Source: Trichocoleus sp.
Lineage (GTDB): Bacteria; Cyanobacteriota; Cyanobacteriia; Elainellales; Elainellaceae
Assembly: GCA_036702865.1 (NCBI GenBank)
Contig: DATNQD010000053.1
Span: 1,611 to 41,610, forward strand
Direction of reading: 5' to 3'
DNA length: 40,000 bases
The position numbers and the translations under genes are program-made. Below the pieces are notes generated by a model. The model ran no database searches. It was not told the origin of the DNA and worked only from the letters and a program-made list of their open reading frames with translations. Shown here piece by piece: positions 35,277 to 40,000 of the stretch (position 1 is the first letter of the stretch; every line of letters starts with the position of its first letter).

Positions 35277-37075
35277 GTTTAAGATTTGTCGTTGAGTTAG
35301 AACAAAATGAAGAAATCGTTTTTGTTCGCTCAGGAACAATTCTTTTCAGAACTAGAGACCCATGTAATTTTGAAGTTGCTGAGGCAATTATGATGGATCA
35401 ATTTAGAGTAAATACTGCTGGACTCAATCTACGTTCATCACCTGTCGTAGAGTCTACTAATATCCTGTTAACCCTTTCTAATGGACAGATTGCAACAAAA
35501 CTAACGGCAGCTTCCGATGACTGGTGGGAGGTTTCAGCTGTTATTAGTGGTCAGACGTTTCAAGGTTTTGTTGCTAGCAGATTCCTAATCCCTTTGGAGG
35601 TAACTCTTGCTGGCATTGCTACTGGTATTAAAAGCCTAAGTTTTGATGAACTTAAACAAAATAAGCAACTTGTTGTTGAAATTCAGAAGAAATTGAGAAA
35701 CTTGGGGCTTTATCCTGGTGGTTCATGGATTGATGGGATTTTAGGCAGTCAAAACAGTCGGACGTGGAAAGCACTACAACAATTCAGCGTAGCCTTTTCT
35801 TTGAGCGCACCTACTACAAATGATGCAATTAATCCTAGCTTGGCTCAAGCTTTACTGGATAAGCAACAAATTCCATCTATTCTAGATGAGGCAAAAAATA
35901 CCAGGAGTGTATTGAATAAGCTGACTGATATCCAATCAAATACCCCAGTCTCTGGATATCCTCTAGCTTTTCTAGATAGAACGATTAAGAATTCACCTTT
36001 TGAGCAGGAGGTCAAAAAATATCCTGTTAATTTAGCCCGACAACCAGACGGGACAGCTCTTGTATCCTATGGTAAGACATTTCGATTAACAGGATCAGGA
36101 ACGACTGTAACCTTTGAGGATTACCCTGCTAAGGGTTTTCTCCCTAATGTTGATGGCACTGGGCTTGATTTCCTTGACGATAGTATTGAACATGCCTGTG
36201 TCTGTGTAGGCAGCTTTGTTGCTGGTGATGATGAAATTAAAACCCATTGGTTAGGAAAAAAATCCCTTGTAGAAGTAGAGTTTCTTAGCTCCACTAAATT
36301 TATTGGGGTACTCAACACAATTTGCCAATTAAATACAGATCATCCTAACTGTGATGTTGACAACTGTGTTATTGGCTTTGGCCCTGGAAACAAGCGCTAT
36401 GGCTTCTCAGCCCTAGTAGAAGATATACTAACCTACGCTGAGAAAATAGGGGCTTCCAATTCTATCGCTGCGATGTTTAAGCGGTTTTCTACCCGTAAAG
36501 GATTAGAGGACTGGACTATCGCTATAACAGGAAATCAGGGCTTATCGTTCAGAGGCTACTATGGAGCTGCTTTTCCTCCCTTCATTGGTTCTCCCATTCT
36601 CTTTGACACAACCTTAACAGGTAACCAGCGTGTTCTTGAAGCTGAGCCAGAAGTTGGCAGTGGTCCTAATTCCATCTCGGCTTATGATCTCGTGCGGCTG
36701 ATATCTATGTTGGGTTGGCACCTCCATCTTCCTAAAGGTGTCAGATTGCCAGGGGCGCAGTGGAATAGCCTGGAGAGCGTTGTCAGAGCAATGGGTGTTG
36801 ACACTGCTCGGTATGTTGATATTGCTCTAGAGACTTTGGGGCTAGTAAATGTCGTGAGTGAGCCAGTCATCATCTCTAAATTAGGGTTAGGGAACTCTGC
36901 CTTGACTTACGTTGCTCTTGTCAAACTAGTTGATAATCGTCAAACCCCCGCCAAACTCAGAACTTTAGCCATGTCTCTATGGACTAGTCCGGGCTCAGAC
37001 GTTAATCGTGACAACAACATGGCAGCAGCCGTAACCGAGATTATGCGAAGAGTCTTCACAGAAGAGTTGGCATAA
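35273..37075 (+). CDS. SH3b + PG_binding_1 + beta-lactamase/PBP-like serine hydrolase domain protein, no signal peptide
   Basis: 600 aa from ATG 35273, which makes an ATGA overlap with the upstream stop. An alternative start is ATG 35390, which follows GAGG and would put the SH3b module at the extreme N-terminus as in the paralogues. SH3b: NTAGLNLRSSP...WWEVSA...QGFVASRFL. PG_binding_1: VVEIQKKLRNLGLYPGGSWIDGILGSQ. C-domain motifs: SSTK (36287-36298), SNSIAAM, KLGLG (from 36878). Confidence 0.6.
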   Translation: MSLRFVVELEQNEEIVFVRSGTILFRTRDPCNFEVAEAIMMDQFRVNTAGLNLRSSPVVESTNILLTLSNGQIATKLTAASDDWWEVSAVISGQTFQGFVASRFLIPLEVTLAGIATGIKSLSFDELKQNKQLVVEIQKKLRNLGLYPGGSWIDGILGSQNSRTWKALQQFSVAFSLSAPTTNDAINPSLAQALLDKQQIPSILDEAKNTRSVLNKLTDIQSNTPVSGYPLAFLDRTIKNSPFEQEVKKYPVNLARQPDGTALVSYGKTFRLTGSGTTVTFEDYPAKGFLPNVDGTGLDFLDDSIEHACVCVGSFVAGDDEIKTHWLGKKSLVEVEFLSSTKFIGVLNTICQLNTDHPNCDVDNCVIGFGPGNKRYGFSALVEDILTYAEKIGASNSIAAMFKRFSTRKGLEDWTIAITGNQGLSFRGYYGAAFPPFIGSPILFDTTLTGNQRVLEAEPEVGSGPNSISAYDLVRLISMLGWHLHLPKGVRLPGAQWNSLESVVRAMGVDTARYVDIALETLGLVNVVSEPVIISKLGLGNSALTYVALVKLVDNRQTPAKLRTLAMSLWTSPGSDVNRDNNMAAAVTEIMRRVFTEELA

Positions 37076-37099
37076 AGATACCATTCCTCATTAATTTAG

Positions 37100-38029
37100 G
37101 TGACACCCATGGCAGAAAGATTTGTAGTTACTACTGATGGTCTCAATTTTCGCTCTGCTCCTGAAGTAGATCCCAGTAACGTCCTGGCTGTACTTCCCAA
37201 CGGACAAGTTGTGATGAAGTTGGAAGTTGCAACCGATCAGGACTGGTGGAAAGTCTCAACAATAATTGGTGGACAGGAAACCGCAGGTTTTGTTTCTCAA
37301 AAGTTTTTAGCTCCTGCAGCGTACAAAGTAATTGCTGATAGTCTGAACTTAAGATCGACCCCTATTAAGGCTCCAGATAATTTGATAACAGCCTTACCCA
37401 GAGGTCAAATTGTTGAAAAACTAGAAGTTGCGACCGATCAGGACTGGTGGAAAGTAATTACTAGCATAGTTACTACTACTGGATCTAGCGAGGAAATAGA
37501 AGGTTATGTAAACAGCCGCTATCTAGCGACGGTCAACGATCCCTTTGAAGGTAAGAAAGTAGTTGGAATGGATAATACCAGCCAAAACTTTAGAGATAAA
37601 GTTGCACAAATTGCAGATCGTTTAGGAACCAAGCCTATCTACTTGATGGCAGTAATGAGCTTTGAAACGGGTGGTACATTCTCTCCTAGCATAAAGAACC
37701 GCGTGAGCGGGGCAACTGGTTTAATCCAGTTCATTGGTTCTACAGCCCGAGGTTTAGGAACCTCCCTATCGGCTTTAGCTAGTATGACTGCCTTGGAACA
37801 GTTGGATTACGTTGAGAAGCATCTAAAACCGTTTAAGGGGCACCTGCTAACCTTGGAAGACGCTTATATGGCTGTTTTACTCCCTGCTGCAGTAGGAAAG
37901 GGCAGAAACCATGTGCTCTTCGAGGAAGGATCTATTGAGTACGACCAAAATCGGGGGCTTGATATCAATGACAATGGAAAGATAACAGTTGCAGAAGCTG
38001 CTAATAAAGTTGCTTCCAGAATTATTTAA
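37100..38029 (+). CDS. 2x SH3b + SLT/lysozyme-like transglycosylase domain protein, no signal peptide
   Basis: 309 aa from GTG 37100 (an alternative start is ATG 37109). It carries two SH3b modules, each containing LEVATDQDWWKV. The C-terminal region reads LMAVMSFETGGTF...SGATGLIQFIGSTARGLG, the E...GLxQ pattern of lytic transglycosylase/lysozyme-like domains. Confidence 0.7.
   Translation: MTPMAERFVVTTDGLNFRSAPEVDPSNVLAVLPNGQVVMKLEVATDQDWWKVSTIIGGQETAGFVSQKFLAPAAYKVIADSLNLRSTPIKAPDNLITALPRGQIVEKLEVATDQDWWKVITSIVTTTGSSEEIEGYVNSRYLATVNDPFEGKKVVGMDNTSQNFRDKVAQIADRLGTKPIYLMAVMSFETGGTFSPSIKNRVSGATGLIQFIGSTARGLGTSLSALASMTALEQLDYVEKHLKPFKGHLLTLEDAYMAVLLPAAVGKGRNHVLFEEGSIEYDQNRGLDINDNGKITVAEAANKVASRII
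37223..37455 (+). repeat. intragenic direct repeat marking a tandem SH3b duplication
   Basis: GAAGTTGCAACCGATCAGGACTGGTGGAAAGT (37223-37254) and GAAGTTGCGACCGATCAGGACTGGTGGAAAGT (37424-37455) are 31/32 identical and 201 nt (67 codons) apart. The rest of the two modules is much more diverged. Confidence 0.85.
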
Positions 38030-38077
38030 TTAGTTCCTTGTTGCTTAAAAGTAAAACTGCTACTGAAACTTCTCATC

Positions 38078-38137
38078 ATGACAATCCTAAAGGTTAAAGC
38101 GGATAGTCTAAATCTTCGTAACTCATTTTTGAATTAG
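38078..38137 (+). pseudogene. 19-codon relic of an SH3b module N-terminus
   Basis: ATG ACA ATC CTA AAG GTT AAA GCG GAT AGT CTA AAT CTT CGT AAC TCA TTT TTG AAT TAG translates to MTILKVKADSLNLRNSFLN*. KVKADSLNLR is identical to the start of the 32618 gene product (MKVKADSLNLRRAP) but uses different synonymous codons. It lies in the spacer upstream of the GHL10 gene, in another frame. Confidence 0.5.
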
Positions 38138-38187
38138 CAAAAAAATCAAAGGATTGCTTCCCTTTATAAGTTCAATTGGAGTTTTTC

Positions 38188-39579
38188 ATGAAAAGAGTAC
38201 GTGGCGTTTGGTTAACTAACGTTGCTAGTGATGTCTATGAATTTAAAGACAGTATCAATCAAGCGATCGAGCTTTTGGCTAAAACTGGATTTAACGTCGT
38301 TTTTCCAGTTGTCTGGAACAAGGGACACACACTTTATGAGAGTGATGTAATGGAGCGACATTTTGGACCTGGTTTCAAAATCGATCCGGCACACCAGGCA
38401 ACAGGACGAGATCCTCTTGCTGAGATTGTTGAAGCAGCTAAAAAATATAAATTAAAAGTCATTCCCTGGTTTGAGTATGGTTTTGCTGCCTCTGCGGTTC
38501 AGAAAACCGCTGCGGGAGGTTTGCGGGAATTTGGTGAACATATTCTTCAGAAGAAACCCAATTTCGCGGCTGTTGATCATACTGGCAAGCCATTAATCAA
38601 GCCTCATCCTAAAAATGTGGGTGATATAGGCTTTAAATGGATGAATGCACTCAATCCTGAGGTTCAAGCTTTCATGATTGAACTCATAGTTGAGGTTGTT
38701 CAGAAGTATGACGTTGATGGGATACAAGGTGACGATCGGCTTCCTGCATTCCCTGTAGAAGGATTTGATCAAGATGCTGCAACTCGCTTTGCCCCAAGTG
38801 GCGCTAAACCTACAGCTACAAATACAAAATGGATGGAATTTCGTGCTGATATTCTGACTAAGTTTTTGAAGGAGCTTTGTGACCAGGTTAGACAAGTAGG
38901 AACAAGTAAGGGCAAGAAACTCCTTATATCTATGGCTCCCCATCCGAGAGGCTTTGGATTTAGAGAGTATCTTCAAGATACCAAAGCGTGGCTTGATCTA
39001 ATTGATATGATGCACCCACAACTCTATCGTAGAACACCTGATGATTTACATGATGCAAGTGGAAGGTTAATCACAAATGGTTACATCAATTTAGCTAATT
39101 TAGAACTTCAGGGTCTACGTGCCGATCAAGTTGCTAAAATCTCGCCCGGAATTCTGATGAAGGAGGGAGACGACTACCGAATTAGCAACACGTATCTTGA
39201 CAAAGCTGTTAAGCACAACCGTACCAAGAAATTAGCTGGAGAGGTATTCTTCTTCTTTGAAGGTTTGAGAAAACCAAATGATTCGACAGCAAAGATTCTC
39301 CGAGATCCTCTTTACTCTGTTATCAAATTGGATGATGAAGGCCCAGATGTGGTAAAACTTCAAAAACTTCTCAAAAATCTAAGCAAACCAGAATTTGATC
39401 CAGGGGAACCTGATGGTATTTTTGGGACAAAAACAGAAGAAGCAGTCAAAGCTTATCAGAAGAGCCAATTTCCATCATCACCAAGTGACATTGATGGGAA
39501 GGTAGGAGGGAGAACCCTAGCAAAGCTAGGCTTTGCTAGCTTAAATGCCTTTGGAGAGAAGCTAGATTTACTAGATTGA
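38188..39579 (+). CDS. GHL10 (DUF187, glycoside-hydrolase-like family 10) + C-terminal PG_binding_1 protein, no signal peptide
   Basis: I prefer ATG 38188, which is 6 nt after GGAG (38178-38181); the track start 38176 is a TTG. RGVWLTNVASDV...LAKTGFNVVFPVVWNKGHTLYES...KVIPWFEYGF...DGIQGDDR is the GHL10/YngK-like TIM-barrel pattern. The C-terminal VVKLQKLLKNL...PDGIFGTKTEEAVKAYQ is PG_binding_1. Confidence 0.7.
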   Translation: MKRVRGVWLTNVASDVYEFKDSINQAIELLAKTGFNVVFPVVWNKGHTLYESDVMERHFGPGFKIDPAHQATGRDPLAEIVEAAKKYKLKVIPWFEYGFAASAVQKTAAGGLREFGEHILQKKPNFAAVDHTGKPLIKPHPKNVGDIGFKWMNALNPEVQAFMIELIVEVVQKYDVDGIQGDDRLPAFPVEGFDQDAATRFAPSGAKPTATNTKWMEFRADILTKFLKELCDQVRQVGTSKGKKLLISMAPHPRGFGFREYLQDTKAWLDLIDMMHPQLYRRTPDDLHDASGRLITNGYINLANLELQGLRADQVAKISPGILMKEGDDYRISNTYLDKAVKHNRTKKLAGEVFFFFEGLRKPNDSTAKILRDPLYSVIKLDDEGPDVVKLQKLLKNLSKPEFDPGEPDGIFGTKTEEAVKAYQKSQFPSSPSDIDGKVGGRTLAKLGFASLNAFGEKLDLLD

Positions 39580-39609
39580 TTACTGAAATACCAACCAGTT
39601 CGTTGAGAG

Positions 39610-39653
39610 TGAAAGAGGTTTATGCTCACAGTCACAAGTATAAACCTCTTTTA
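39610..39653 (+). terminator. rho-independent terminator candidate closing the hydrolase operon
   Basis: AAGAGGTTTAT (39613-39623) pairs perfectly with ATAAACCTCTT (39640-39650). The stem can be extended by A-T, G-U and T-A pairs to 39610/39653. The loop is 16 nt, and the 3' arm runs into CTCTTTTAG (a U-run). It begins 31 nt after the stop at 39579. Confidence 0.5.
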
Positions 39654-39715
39654 GTAAAATTCAACCTCTTCTAATGTCTAAAAGTATTTAGCCTATTGAT
39701 TTAGAGATAGAGAAT

Positions 39716-40000
39716 ATGACCGATCAACTTGTTCCACATCAAGCCGAAGTAATTCAAAACAATGGTTTGGATCACATAGATGAACAGACAATCATAATGG
39801 AAGCACAATCTTTCAAAGATTTTCAGAAAGCTGTACATGATTTTCAAGAGAAGCGTATCAGAAGGCTACGCCGCGTTAATCAAGGATGGAATATTGGCTT
39901 AACGGCTGCTGGTATAACCTGTACCCTACTCACAACTGTTCTTGGCGTAGTTGATGTTAACAATGATATAGTTCAAGGCTGGATCAAGGTTGGCACAGGA
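39716..40000 (+). CDS. hypothetical membrane protein, 5' portion (runs off the window)
   Basis: The ATG at 39716 opens a frame that stays open for 95 codons to the window end. Translation: MTDQLVPHQAEVIQNN...FQEKRIRRLRRVNQGWNIGLTAAGITCTLLTTVLGVV..., a basic stretch followed by one clear hydrophobic helix. It is not in the ORF track, presumably because it has no stop in the window. Confidence 0.4.
   Translation, partial: MTDQLVPHQAEVIQNNGLDHIDEQTIIMEAQSFKDFQKAVHDFQEKRIRRLRRVNQGWNIGLTAAGITCTLLTTVLGVVDVNNDIVQGWIKVGTG

Noticed and set aside
1-40000. Search for CRISPR arrays, IS elements, integrase or recombinase genes, att-like long direct repeats, or tRNA-adjacent island borders.
   Set aside because: I found no regularly spaced repeats, no transposase or integrase motifs (DDE, tyrosine or serine recombinase) in any ORF, and no long repeats by eye. 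Island boundaries therefore cannot be defined from this window.

Overview
I read this window by eye, with no tools. It looks like a cyanobacterial chromosome segment: I count 20 perfect HIP1 palindromes (GCGATCGC), far more than chance allows for an 8-mer. Almost all of it is accessory or conflict-type DNA. I saw no rRNA, tRNA, CRISPR array, transposase or integrase. Content in order: (1) 1-383, the 3' part of an HNH nuclease gene cut by the window edge. (2) 779-3087, a very AT-rich two-gene cassette: a TcmP-like Rossmann protein plus a three-Cys radical SAM enzyme (SPL/COG1533-like). (3) 3323-3946, a divergent XRE regulator and a small conserved protein, followed by a 560-bp ORF-free stretch. 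(4) 4508-9830, a triad of a leaderless CHAT (caspase-like) protease, a trypsin-like protease and a multi-TM pentapeptide-repeat protein; two of the three share an 18-aa motif. (5) 10183-29525, a ~19-kb dpd-type 7-deazaguanine DNA modification/restriction island. It has a queD-queE-(split small ORF)-queC-dpdA operon and translationally coupled homologues of dpdE-F-G-H-I-J. It has no dpdB, dpdC, dpdD or dpdK, and its DpdA carries an extra N-terminal DUF6884-like domain. (6) 29724-32381, a secreted RoxA/CCP-like di-haem cytochrome c and an alpha/beta hydrolase. (7) 32612-39579, a six-gene same-strand battery of proteins without signal peptides, in which SH3b and PG_binding_1 wall-targeting modules are shuffled onto six different cell-wall-hydrolase-type domains, plus a 19-codon SH3b relic. 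(8) 39716-40000, the start of a membrane protein. The best candidates for something undescribed are the reduced dpd variant with the fused DpdA, the protease/pentapeptide triad, the TcmP-radical SAM cassette, and the leaderless wall-hydrolase battery. All family names come from motif recognition by eye and need HMM or structure confirmation.
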